A stretch of DNA of 64,000 bases from the NCBI GenBank assembly GCA_017440805.1, contig JAFSGN010000016.1:130627-194626 (forward strand), given 5' to 3'. Each line of letters opens with the position of its first letter. Within the stretch, counting starts at the first letter, position 1. Positions 41,173 through 51,120 of the stretch are shown in pieces. Made by a program: the position numbers and the translations under genes. Under the pieces are notes generated by a model. It ran no database searches. It was given only the letters and a program-made list of their open reading frames with translations, and was not told the origin of the DNA. The DNA comes from Clostridia bacterium. Lineage in GTDB: Bacteria; Bacillota; Clostridia; Oscillospirales; SIG627.

Positions 41173-42744
41173 ATGGAACTTCTTGTAAAAAACATCAGAC
41201 TTGCGTTTAATGCGGATTTTGAAGACAATATTGACGGAATACTGCGAAAAAAAGGAATTTCGGGTGTGTCGTACCGCCGTATTTTCAAACGCTCTGTTGA
41301 TGCACGAAAAAAAAATAATATTATTTTTGTGTATACCGTTTTGTGCAATGCCTCGGGTTATCCCCAAAATGACGGTGATATTGAAATATACACAAATCAA
41401 AACTTTGCCGACTCTGTTTTCCCGCGGCATAAAAAGGGTGTTCCGCCGGTTATTGTGGGATTCGGTCCATGCGGTATGTTCTGTGGACTCATACTTGCAA
41501 AATTCGGTTACGAACCCATAATCATTGAACGGGGAAGTGACATTGATACACGAAAAGCAAAAGTTGATGACTTCTTTTCAGGCGGTAAACTTGATACACG
41601 GACAAATGTTCAGTTCGGTGAAGGCGGAGCAGGTACTTTTTCCGACGGGAAACTTATGACAAGAGTCAAAGACAGCCGTTGCAGTTATATTCTGAGTGAA
41701 ATGGTACGGCATGGTGCCCCGGAAGAGATACTTTATAACGCAAAACCCCATATCGGAACAGACCGTCTTTATGACATTGTAAAAAGTATCAGAAAAGAGA
41801 TAATTTTGCTCGGCGGAAAGGTACTTTTCGATACGGCACTGACCGACATCAAAAAAACTTCCGGCGGATATGAAATCACCCTGAATGATACCGGAAAACT
41901 TTTTTCCGACTCTGTGTTTCTCGCTTCGGGACACAGCGCTCATGACATATACTACATGCTGATGAAAAACGGTATACTTGTAGAGCCGAAGGACTACTCT
42001 GTGGGATTCCGTATTGAACATCTGCAAAGCGATGTTGACCGTTCTCTTTACGGAAATGCAGTTGACTCCTCCCACGCTCACCTTTTACCAAAAGGCGAAT
42101 ATTCCCTTTCCTACCGCAAAGGCGACAGAGGAGTATACAGTTTTTGCATGTGTCCGGGCGGACTTGTAGTTCCCTCCGCATCCGAAGAAAACACCATTGT
42201 AACAAACGGTATGAGCCGATTTGCACGGGACGGAATAAATGCTAATTCTGCAATTTGCGTTTCGGTTTTAAAATCTGACTACGGCAACACTCCCGACGGT
42301 TCAATTAAATTCAGGCAACATCTTGAACAGTCTGCGTTTAATATATCAGGTGATTACCGTGCTCCCTTCCAGACAGCAGGTGATTTTCTTGAGGGGAAAC
42401 CAACCTTCTCTGATGCGTCACACAAAATATATCCCTCCTACCCTATGGGGGTTACAGGATGTGATATCGGCAGTCTGTTTCCCGGAAAAATGACTTCGCT
42501 TTTCCGTGAGGGACTGGGAAATTTTGCCCGCAAGTTTGATTTTTTCTCGGAAAAGAATGCACCTATGACGGCGGTTGAAACACGGACTTCCTCACCTTGC
42601 CGAATACCCAGAGAGGATAATCTTCAGATTAAGGGAATGCCAGGTTTTTATCCCTGCGGTGAAGGTGCCGGATATGCCGGCGGTATTACCAGTGCGGCAC
42701 TTGACGGAATACGGTGTGCTGTAAATTATATTGAAAACGAATGA
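41173..42744 (+). CDS. FAD-dependent oxidoreductase (COG2509-type, uncharacterised)
   Basis: The dinucleotide-binding motif is VIVGFGPCGMFCGLILA, and the C-terminus carries CGEGAGYAGGI. Confidence 0.7.
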   Translation: MELLVKNIRLAFNADFEDNIDGILRKKGISGVSYRRIFKRSVDARKKNNIIFVYTVLCNASGYPQNDGDIEIYTNQNFADSVFPRHKKGVPPVIVGFGPCGMFCGLILAKFGYEPIIIERGSDIDTRKAKVDDFFSGGKLDTRTNVQFGEGGAGTFSDGKLMTRVKDSRCSYILSEMVRHGAPEEILYNAKPHIGTDRLYDIVKSIRKEIILLGGKVLFDTALTDIKKTSGGYEITLNDTGKLFSDSVFLASGHSAHDIYYMLMKNGILVEPKDYSVGFRIEHLQSDVDRSLYGNAVDSSHAHLLPKGEYSLSYRKGDRGVYSFCMCPGGLVVPSASEENTIVTNGMSRFARDGINANSAICVSVLKSDYGNTPDGSIKFRQHLEQSAFNISGDYRAPFQTAGDFLEGKPTFSDASHKIYPSYPMGVTGCDIGSLFPGKMTSLFREGLGNFARKFDFFSEKNAPMTAVETRTSSPCRIPREDNLQIKGMPGFYPCGEGAGYAGGITSAALDGIRCAVNYIENE

Positions 42745-42759
42745 CTATCCTTTGTTTTT

Positions 42760-42799
42760 AAGGAGAGAATTTTCACAAATTCTCTCCTTTTTCTTTTTG
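42760..42799 (+). terminator. intrinsic terminator
   Basis: A 13-bp stem AAGGAGAGAATTT/AAATTCTCTCCTT is followed by TTTCTTTTT. Confidence 0.85.
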
Positions 42800-42860
42800 T
42801 ATGTTTTTTTAAAAACAGGCAAAAATAGGATATATAACATCAGCACAAGGGAGAAAGATT

Positions 42861-45800
42861 ATGGAGCGAAGCCAGATAAAAGAATATATAATTAAAATTC
42901 AGAACAGTCCGCAGGAACAGTCGCCATGTCCGGATATAAAAAAGGATTTAAGGATAATAAAAAGTTTCTGTAAAAAGGCCATGTCCGACAAATTGCCCTA
43001 TTCTTCATCAGGCTCAAAGTGGATATGCGACAATTATTATGTAATAGAGAGAGAAGGAAAAAATCTTTTAAAAATTGCCTCAAAGGCTCTTCCTGCCCAT
43101 TCCAGACTTTATGTTTATGTAGAAAAGACACTGTTTTTCACCGATTATGTACTGGACAACGATATAACAGATTGTTTTTTTAATGTTTTCTCCCGCAATG
43201 ACTTTTTAACCGATAAAGAGATAAACAATGTTCAGAATGTAATGAAAGCAGTTATAATAAACCGTATTGCAATACTGTGCGGGGAACTGAAAAAATCGGT
43301 GGGATTTAAACTCCGTGATGCAGAAAAGACCTTATCAGATACCGCTCTTGCCAAAAATCTTATTGTATCTTTACGAAAAATACCGGGTATAGACTTTTCC
43401 TCTTATGTAATGGGATATTCTCCTATTGAGCGTATGTTCCGCTGTGACCCCGCGGGAATTTACCACAAAATGGACAAGCAAACTCAACTTTTGTACCGCG
43501 AAATGCTGGAAAAGAAAGCAAAAAAGCAACATAAAACACCTCAGAAACTGCTGGAAGAACTTTTAAAAAAATGTGCCGCGGAAAAAGATATTAAGCGCCA
43601 TGTGGGATATTACCTTTTTGACAATCCCCGCGGTGCAGGATATTTATCAACTCTTTCAGTGGTGTATATACTGATGATTGGTATTACTGCACTTTTTTCA
43701 GGGCGATATACATTACCTGTCCTTATTTTGTCCGCAATTCCTGTTTTTGAGGCGTCATCTGCTCTTGCAAACCGATTGTGCGCCCTTATGAAGAAACCCC
43801 GCATTATACCAAAACTGAAATTTGACTCACCTTTCGGCGTACCCGACGACTGTAAAACCCTCACCGTCATAACAACCATCCTTTTCGGCGGAGAGCATGA
43901 CCGGGCACTTTTTGAACGGTTGGAAAAATTTTACCTGTGCAATAAGGACAAAAATCTTTTATTCGGTATACTTTGCGACCTTAAAGAAAGTGACACCGAA
44001 CACGATAAAAATGACAATAAGATAATATCCGATGCACAAAAAGCCATTGACGGTTTAAATAAAAAATACGGCTCCTCCTTTTTTCTTTTTGTCCGTGAAA
44101 GAGTATACAGCCAAACACAAAACTGTTATATGGGTTACGAGAGAAAGAGGGGCGCAGTAATAGAGTTATGCCGTTTTATAAAGGGCATAAATACTTCTGT
44201 AAAATATTTTTCGGGTAGCAGAAATGCTCTTGAAGGTATAAAATATATTGTCACGCTTGACTCGGATACAGACATGGGAATAGGTCAACTCTCACAACTC
44301 TGCGGTGCTATGGCTCACCCTTTAAATTCTCCTGTCATTGACTGTAAAGGTGGCAGATTCTATGTCAAAAGCGGTTACGGAATTCTTCAGCCCCGTATGA
44401 GTTACGGACTTGTTCCCGCGGGTAAAACCTCATTTTGCGTTCTCAAAAGCGGTGCAGGCGGAAAAGATGTATATTCCGGCGCTTCATTTGATATATATCA
44501 GAGTTTTTTCGGAAACGGTATGTTCTGCGGAAAAGGTATTTTTGATATAGACGCATTTTTAAAGGTAATAGACGGAGCATTTCCTGACGGAAGAATTCTG
44601 AGCCATGACATACTTGAAGGATGTCTTCTGCGGTGCGGACTTATAGGCGAAGTTGTACTGACCGACAGTCTTCCCCAGAATCCCATTTCGTATTTTAAAC
44701 GGGAACACAGGTGGATGCGTGGAGATATTCAGGCAATGGCATTTGCAAAAAATCCTCTGGGTTCTCTTTCAAAATTTAAGTTGTGGTGTAATATCACACG
44801 GCTCACCGCACCGATTTTTGCGGTACTGTCGATTATTTTTTCTCTTGTTTTGCAAACCGATGCCTGTTTCGGTGTTGCCTTATATCTTGCAGTTCCTTTC
44901 CTGTGGGACTGCACGGGTATTATTTTTTCAGGTAACCTTCAGCAGATATTCCGTAAATTTACCTCCGATGTTATCAGCGGAATATGGAGTGCTTTTCTTA
45001 ACTTATTTTATGACGCCTCCACTCTTTTTCACCGTGGCTTTTTAAGTATTGACGCCGTAATACGAAGTTTATGGCGTATGGCGGTAAGTAAAAAAAATCT
45101 TCTGGAATGGACAACCGCTTCGGAAGCGGACAGTATTAAAAGCGGAAATATTTTCGGATACATTTTCTATATGAAATACAGCATTGTTTTCGGTGTGATA
45201 TCGCTTTTGATTTCCAACTCCCCGTTTGTCCGTTTTTTGGGACTTCTTTTTATTATCTGTCCTTTTGCCTCGTATTTACTTTCAAAACCTATTGAATTTT
45301 CCGCCGCAATAAGTCAGGAACGGCTTGAAACCATAAAAAACTACTGCCGTGATATGTGGAAGTTTTTCGAGGATAATGTCAATGTCACACAAAACCATCT
45401 TCCGCCGGACAACATTCAGTTTTCTCCTGTGTATGCAGCAGCCCAGCGATGTTCACCTACAAATATAGGACTGTATCTCCTGTCGGTTCTTACCGCCCGG
45501 GACTTTGGTTTTATTGACAACGATACCTTGTACCGCCGTATTTCAGACACGCTGGGAACTGTTGAAAAACTGGAAAAATGGCATGGTCATTTATACAACT
45601 GGTATGACAACCGTACACTTGAAATAATAGGTACAAAATATGTTTCTACCGTTGACAGCGGAAATTTTATAACCTGTCTTACAGCACTTGCAAAAGGGCT
45701 GGAGGAGTATGCATCTCTTGACGGACGGCTTAATCTCCTGATTGAACGAATCAACAAAATAAGCGACAACACAGATTTACGCCAACTGTATAATTCCCAG

Positions 45801-48800
45801 AGAGACCTTTTTTATCTCGGCAGAAACACCGAAGATAACAATATAAACGAAGGTTGTTACGACCTTTATATGAGTGAATTCCGCACAACAGGATACTTTG
45901 CTGTAGCAAGAGGCGATGTACCTAAAAAGCACTGGACCTCCCTCGGTCGTATCCTTATAAGCAGAGGGTTTTATTTGGGTGCAGCCTCCTGGACAGGCAC
46001 AACATTTGAATACTTTATGCCCGCTTTGCTTTTACCGGTATACAAAAACAGTTTTGCACAGGAAACTCTGGAATTTGCCCGGCATGAACAAAAAAGATAT
46101 TCTGCGGCGGCAAACGGAATAAAGGTGTGGGGCAGTTCGGAATGCGGTTTTTATGCCTTTGACCAGCAGATGAATTATCAATACAAGGCTATCGGTGTAC
46201 CGTTTTTAAGTCTGAAACATGAAGAGAGCGAGGAAAAAGTCATTTCTCCTTATTCTTCATTTCTGATGCTCAGGAAAAGAAGTAATGATGCAGAGATAAA
46301 TCTTCAGAACCTGAAAAAACTGGGAATGTACGGCAAATACGGTTTTTACGAAGCCATAGATTTTACCCCCTCCCGTACCGAAACAGACTTTGCTGTAGTA
46401 GAAAGTTATATGGCTCATCATGTAGGTATGAGTATTGTTGCCTGTGCAAATTTCTCATTTGACAATATCTTCAGGAAAAGATTTATGGCGGATATGCGTA
46501 TGGCAAGTGCCTGCGAACTTCTTGAAGAGAAAATACCTACAGATGCAAATATTTTCCGTGATATAAATACAGACGATATGCCCGAACGCCGTACACCCTC
46601 TGCTCCGGGTATAAAAAGCGAATCTATAGACGAGGCATTGCCGAGAATTGCCCTGTTCAGCGGATACAGAACAACTCTCCGACTGTCCGACTGCGGTCAT
46701 GTCTGGTTTGAGCGAAAAGGCGAACGGCGTACAAGATGCATAACGCTTCTCCCCTCAACCGTTTCATCCCGTAAACCATGTTTTGCAGTGGGGGTGAAAA
46801 TTAATGATAAAATCTATTCAAATATAAAAAGACTGTGTCCTGACAACGCAAAAGTAACCTTTGAATATGACCGTGACAATGCAAGTTATAACATTACCCA
46901 AAACACACGGCTTGTAAATATCAACTGGCGTCTTTCCGCTTTCACAGGGGCAGTGTATATTGATATCACTGCATCTCTGAAGGAGTCGGAAACATCAGAA
47001 TATATGCTGTTTCTCGAACCGGTGCTTAACGCCCTTGAAGATTATAAATCACATCCCGCTTTCAGTCAGTTATCATTTGAATCGGAATACGACAAAGAAA
47101 ACCGGATACTTCTCATACACAAGCGTTCCCGTAAAGCCGGCGATGAATTATTCCTTGCTGTAGGGGTTTGTGACCCTGATATCAACATTTCCTTTGAAAC
47201 AATGGCAGACAATCTCTATACACACGGCGAAGAGATTGAGGAAATATTTGCAGATAAGTCCGAACTTTCCTGTACCGTCGGTGCCTGTATAAGTCCCGGA
47301 ATATTTCTGAAAACCGAAAAATCCCCTGTTAAAAAGGGACGACGGAGCGAAAAGATGTGCTTTATTGTATTGTGTGCCTCAACCCGCGACGGTGCTGTTA
47401 AATCATTTTTAAAGGCCCGGGAAAACTACAATTCCCGCCATGAATCTGAAGCACTGGCAGTGGCAAACACAAAAAAGAACGCACTTGCGTCTGCAGAAAA
47501 TATGGACAATAATGACTATATGTTACTGGAGAGAATACTTCGTGCCGTTTCCTTTGAAAAAAATATACAGATAAGGGAAAGTTTTGATAAAGACTTGTTC
47601 CGTCGTGAAGATATATGGCAATATTCGGTATCCGGAGACCTGCCTGTGATAGCAGTAAAAGCGGACGAAAAAAGCCTTGAATTCTGCGGAAAAATGATAA
47701 TGCTTCACAGGCTCTGCACATTAAAGGGGCTAAGTTTTGACCTTGTTTTCCTTTTTGAGGATGTTCAGATTTATTCACGCCCCATCCACAATGGACTTTC
47801 CGCCCTTGTTTCCCGATACGGCAGTGACTATCTTATAAACAAAAAAGGCGGTATATTCTTTATAGGCGACAAAAATGCACACAAAATATTTTATTGCTGT
47901 GCCTGTGATATTTTTGAAGACAGCCGGTCTGAAATTATACCGGATTTACCTGCTTCTTTTCCAAAAACAGTCACCTCTCCCGTACCGCATAAAACCTCGC
48001 TTCCGGATGTCATTTACAGTACCTTCGGAGGAGATTTTATACAAAATGGTTTTGTTGTGGACAAGATAGACAAAAAACCGCCTCTTGCATACAGTCATGT
48101 TCTTTCAAATCGTATTTTCGGAAGTGTCGTTACTCATAAGTCGCTGGGGTACACCTGGTTTTCAAACTCCCATGAAAGACGCCTTTCCCACTTTGAAAAT
48201 ACACCTTATACACCCTATTCAAGCGAAACCATATATTTGTGTGACGGCGACACTCTTTACGATTTATGCCGTATCAGTGCCACGGTAGTGTTCTCTGCCG
48301 GAGGTGCAAAGTACACCGGAACGGCTGCCGGATGCAATTTCACGATTTCTGTTTCTCTTCACCCGAAATTACCTGTAAAATGTGTCGATATTTCTCTTTC
48401 CCGACCAAAAAAAATATTCTACTCTCTCAAGCCTGTTCTGGGTTCGTCTGAGGGAAGCACAAAGGGAATATATACACTGAAAACATCGGGGGGACTTGCT
48501 TTTTGTTCTCCGTTTGCAAAAGACAGCGGATTTCTGACTGTTGACAATAAAAATACCCCACTATATGCAACTTCCGTTTTTGAAATGACCGGACAGAACT
48601 CTCCCGTACATGATACTGTATGCGTGGGATGCGAAAGTGAAAAAGCAACATTTTTCCTCTGTTCTTTCTTTTCAGAAAAGACATTGAAGTATACTGTCTC
48701 ATCAATACACGCTTTGTCATTTGATGATATTCAACGCATACAACTGGATTTCGTTATGGATACAATGAAAAATCTTACAGCAGTGCAATGCGGTGAAAAT

Positions 48801-50081
48801 CCCGTAAAGATGCTTAATTCCTTCTGGATACCATATCAGGCTGTTTTCTGCCGTTTCTTTGCAAGAAGTGCATTGTATCAGTCGGGAGGTGCCTTCGGTT
48901 TCCGTGACCAACTTCAGGATATCCGAATATTTTTCAACACCAATCCCCGCATTGCCCGGCAACACATTATCCGCTGTTGCGCACATCAGTTTGAAGAGGG
49001 AGATGTGCAGCACTGGTGGCACAATGTAAAAGCCCCTGACAAATTTAATCCCGGTATCCGTTCAAGATGCTCCGACGACTATTTATGGTTGGTTTTGTGT
49101 GCCTGTGAATATGCGGAAACAACAGATGATTATTCCGTTTTTGATGTGGAAATAAAATATCTTTCGGACAAACCTCTTTCGGATAAAGAGCATGAAAGAT
49201 ACTCCACGCCCTCAGTATCGGAGATAAAAGAAAGTGTATACCTTCACTGCAAGAGAGCCTGTGACCTGTTCATACAGAGAGGATTGGGGGCTCACGGTAT
49301 GCCCTTCATCGGAAGTTGTGACTGGAATGACGGTTTCAGTGCGGTAGGCGAAAAAGGCAAAGGAGAAAGCGTTTGGCTTGGTTTCTTCGGCAGAATTGTA
49401 CTGGAAAAATTTGCGCTTGTTGTTAAACTGAAAGGCGACGACCCCCTGCCGTATACACAATTTTCTGACCTTATCGGAAAAAACACCGACCTTTACGCCT
49501 ACAAAAACAACCGTTATCTGCGTGGTTTTTATGATGACGGCTCTCCTTTGGGAGATGAAAGTTGTGATGAGTGCAAAATTGACATTTTGCCTCAGGCGTT
49601 TGCTGCCCTATGCGACAAAATGTTGGGAAAAATACGCCCGCATGCCTACCGAAATCCCCCGGAACACATTGCCGCGGCGCTTGAATCGGCATACAGCAGT
49701 CTGTATGATAAAAACAACCGCATTCTCAAACTGTTTTTCCCCGCTTTTGATAAAAGTGAAAAAAATCCGGGATATATAAAAAGTTATGCTCCCGGTCTTC
49801 GCGAAAACGGAGGACAGTATACTCACGGTGCAATATGGGGTGCAATGGGATTTTTGCACGGAAATCAAAAAGACCGGGCAATCGAAATTACAAATGCACT
49901 CTGTCCGCCTTTAAGGGCAAAAAACAAAGAACTTTTTGAAAAGTATAAAACTGAGCCGTATGTACTTTGCGGAGATGTTTATTCCAACATCTCCCATTCC
50001 GGCCGTGGCGGCTGGAGTTGGTATACGGGTTCAGCCTCATGGTACAGGGAATTATATGAAGAAATAGAAAAAGATGTATAA
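42861..50081 (+). CDS. cyclic beta-1,2-glucan synthase-like giant protein (GT84 glycosyltransferase, membrane region, central glucan-processing region, C-terminal GH94 phosphorylase-like domain)
   Basis: This is a single 2406-aa ORF. The GT motifs are VTLDSDTDM (nt ~44259) and EHRWMRGD (nt ~44701), followed by several TM helices. The C-terminal GH94-type motifs are GGAFGFRDQLQD (nt ~48890), HWWH, RCSDDYLWL and ENGGQYTHGAIW. Confidence 0.8.
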   Translation: MERSQIKEYIIKIQNSPQEQSPCPDIKKDLRIIKSFCKKAMSDKLPYSSSGSKWICDNYYVIEREGKNLLKIASKALPAHSRLYVYVEKTLFFTDYVLDNDITDCFFNVFSRNDFLTDKEINNVQNVMKAVIINRIAILCGELKKSVGFKLRDAEKTLSDTALAKNLIVSLRKIPGIDFSSYVMGYSPIERMFRCDPAGIYHKMDKQTQLLYREMLEKKAKKQHKTPQKLLEELLKKCAAEKDIKRHVGYYLFDNPRGAGYLSTLSVVYILMIGITALFSGRYTLPVLILSAIPVFEASSALANRLCALMKKPRIIPKLKFDSPFGVPDDCKTLTVITTILFGGEHDRALFERLEKFYLCNKDKNLLFGILCDLKESDTEHDKNDNKIISDAQKAIDGLNKKYGSSFFLFVRERVYSQTQNCYMGYERKRGAVIELCRFIKGINTSVKYFSGSRNALEGIKYIVTLDSDTDMGIGQLSQLCGAMAHPLNSPVIDCKGGRFYVKSGYGILQPRMSYGLVPAGKTSFCVLKSGAGGKDVYSGASFDIYQSFFGNGMFCGKGIFDIDAFLKVIDGAFPDGRILSHDILEGCLLRCGLIGEVVLTDSLPQNPISYFKREHRWMRGDIQAMAFAKNPLGSLSKFKLWCNITRLTAPIFAVLSIIFSLVLQTDACFGVALYLAVPFLWDCTGIIFSGNLQQIFRKFTSDVISGIWSAFLNLFYDASTLFHRGFLSIDAVIRSLWRMAVSKKNLLEWTTASEADSIKSGNIFGYIFYMKYSIVFGVISLLISNSPFVRFLGLLFIICPFASYLLSKPIEFSAAISQERLETIKNYCRDMWKFFEDNVNVTQNHLPPDNIQFSPVYAAAQRCSPTNIGLYLLSVLTARDFGFIDNDTLYRRISDTLGTVEKLEKWHGHLYNWYDNRTLEIIGTKYVSTVDSGNFITCLTALAKGLEEYASLDGRLNLLIERINKISDNTDLRQLYNSQRDLFYLGRNTEDNNINEGCYDLYMSEFRTTGYFAVARGDVPKKHWTSLGRILISRGFYLGAASWTGTTFEYFMPALLLPVYKNSFAQETLEFARHEQKRYSAAANGIKVWGSSECGFYAFDQQMNYQYKAIGVPFLSLKHEESEEKVISPYSSFLMLRKRSNDAEINLQNLKKLGMYGKYGFYEAIDFTPSRTETDFAVVESYMAHHVGMSIVACANFSFDNIFRKRFMADMRMASACELLEEKIPTDANIFRDINTDDMPERRTPSAPGIKSESIDEALPRIALFSGYRTTLRLSDCGHVWFERKGERRTRCITLLPSTVSSRKPCFAVGVKINDKIYSNIKRLCPDNAKVTFEYDRDNASYNITQNTRLVNINWRLSAFTGAVYIDITASLKESETSEYMLFLEPVLNALEDYKSHPAFSQLSFESEYDKENRILLIHKRSRKAGDELFLAVGVCDPDINISFETMADNLYTHGEEIEEIFADKSELSCTVGACISPGIFLKTEKSPVKKGRRSEKMCFIVLCASTRDGAVKSFLKARENYNSRHESEALAVANTKKNALASAENMDNNDYMLLERILRAVSFEKNIQIRESFDKDLFRREDIWQYSVSGDLPVIAVKADEKSLEFCGKMIMLHRLCTLKGLSFDLVFLFEDVQIYSRPIHNGLSALVSRYGSDYLINKKGGIFFIGDKNAHKIFYCCACDIFEDSRSEIIPDLPASFPKTVTSPVPHKTSLPDVIYSTFGGDFIQNGFVVDKIDKKPPLAYSHVLSNRIFGSVVTHKSLGYTWFSNSHERRLSHFENTPYTPYSSETIYLCDGDTLYDLCRISATVVFSAGGAKYTGTAAGCNFTISVSLHPKLPVKCVDISLSRPKKIFYSLKPVLGSSEGSTKGIYTLKTSGGLAFCSPFAKDSGFLTVDNKNTPLYATSVFEMTGQNSPVHDTVCVGCESEKATFFLCSFFSEKTLKYTVSSIHALSFDDIQRIQLDFVMDTMKNLTAVQCGENPVKMLNSFWIPYQAVFCRFFARSALYQSGGAFGFRDQLQDIRIFFNTNPRIARQHIIRCCAHQFEEGDVQHWWHNVKAPDKFNPGIRSRCSDDYLWLVLCACEYAETTDDYSVFDVEIKYLSDKPLSDKEHERYSTPSVSEIKESVYLHCKRACDLFIQRGLGAHGMPFIGSCDWNDGFSAVGEKGKGESVWLGFFGRIVLEKFALVVKLKGDDPLPYTQFSDLIGKNTDLYAYKNNRYLRGFYDDGSPLGDESCDECKIDILPQAFAALCDKMLGKIRPHAYRNPPEHIAAALESAYSSLYDKNNRILKLFFPAFDKSEKNPGYIKSYAPGLRENGGQYTHGAIWGAMGFLHGNQKDRAIEITNALCPPLRAKNKELFEKYKTEPYVLCGDVYSNISHSGRGGWSWYTGSASWYRELYEEIEKDV

Positions 50082-50194
50082 GATATACACAGTTTGTTCA
50101 TTTTTACCCCTCATGATTTAAAACTTTTTTTTAACAATCAAAATCACTCCTTTCCTACGGCACTATCTATGATATAATATAATTAAGTATATTT

Positions 50195-50872
50195 ATGAAG
50201 GGAGTGATTTTGACTGTGAAAACAACCGAACTTTTTGACCTTTCTCATACACTTGCGTCAGAACTTTTCGGTAAATATGAATATCCATGGCAGGTTCTGG
50301 GAGAATTGGGAAATTTTATTTTGACTCTCGGGAACAGTCTTGACCCCGAACGGTTTGACAATATTAAACCTAATGTCTGGGTTGCTAAAACTGCAAAGAT
50401 ATATCCATCTGCCCTGATTGAAGCGCCGTGCATTATCGGCGAAAACACAGAGGTAAGACACTGTGCTTTTATCCGCGGTAAAGCAATTATCGGCGATAAC
50501 TGTGTTGTTGGAAACTCCACAGAAATAAAAAACAGCATTATTTTTGATAATGTTCAGATTCCCCATTACAATTATGTAGGCGACTCGGTTCTGGGATACA
50601 AATCCCATATGGGTGCGGGAAGTATTACCTCAAATGTAAAAAGCGACAAAACAAACATCTCTGTCTTTCTAAGCGGAGGTTCAACTCCCACAGGTCTTCG
50701 CAAGATGGGAGCAATGATAGGTGACTTTACAGAGATAGGATGCAACACTGTTCTTTGTCCGGGAAGTATTGTCGGACAGAACTGTATCATTTACCCCCTG
50801 TCGCGGGTCAGAGGTACAATACCTCAGAACAGTATCTTTAAATCAGAAAACAATATTACAGAAAAACTTTAA
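50195..50872 (+). CDS. stand-alone left-handed beta-helix (hexapeptide-repeat) protein, GlmU/G1P-thymidylyltransferase C-terminal-domain-like
   Basis: Hexapeptide repeats are evident (IGENTEVRHCAFIRGKAIIGDNCVVGNSTEIKNSIIFDNVQI...). No nucleotidyltransferase domain is present. A start at the TTG or GTG a few codons downstream, behind AAGGGAG, is possible. Confidence 0.6.
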   Translation: MKGVILTVKTTELFDLSHTLASELFGKYEYPWQVLGELGNFILTLGNSLDPERFDNIKPNVWVAKTAKIYPSALIEAPCIIGENTEVRHCAFIRGKAIIGDNCVVGNSTEIKNSIIFDNVQIPHYNYVGDSVLGYKSHMGAGSITSNVKSDKTNISVFLSGGSTPTGLRKMGAMIGDFTEIGCNTVLCPGSIVGQNCIIYPLSRVRGTIPQNSIFKSENNITEKL

Positions 50873-50914
50873 AACATTTCGGGACAACCAGAAAAAGCAA
50901 AAATACATATTGCT

Positions 50915-51056
50915 TAGCGCCAGACTGTGTTTATATAAAACACAGTGACGAGGAAAAGAAATTATCGAAATTTTCGGCGGGTATTTCTTCGGCAGGCTTT
51001 TGTCGTTAAAAAATCAACAAAAACGCTTGAGATTTATCTCTGAAGCGGACAAAAAG
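50915..51056 (+). ncRNA. glmS glucosamine-6-phosphate-activated ribozyme
   Basis: AGCGCCAGACTGTG...CACAGTGACGAGGAAAAG...ATCGAAATTTTCGGCGGGT...GAAGCGGACAAAAAG matches the conserved glmS ribozyme core segments. It lies directly 5' of glmS. Confidence 0.88.
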
Positions 51057-51120
51057 ATTTTTACAAGTAATAAATTAAATACAACAGACTCGGTCCTGTC
51101 CCACCGACACAGGAGATTTT

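Noticed and set aside
50138-50211. A 14-nt complementarity between AAAATCACTCCTTT (50138-50151) and the RBS region AAGGGAGTGATTTT (50198-50211) of the hexapeptide-repeat gene, considered as a possible anti-SD switch.
   Set aside because: The upstream arm overlaps the -35 region of the likely promoter (TGaTATAAT at about 50170). It would probably not be in the transcript unless there is read-through from the giant gene, so this is too speculative.
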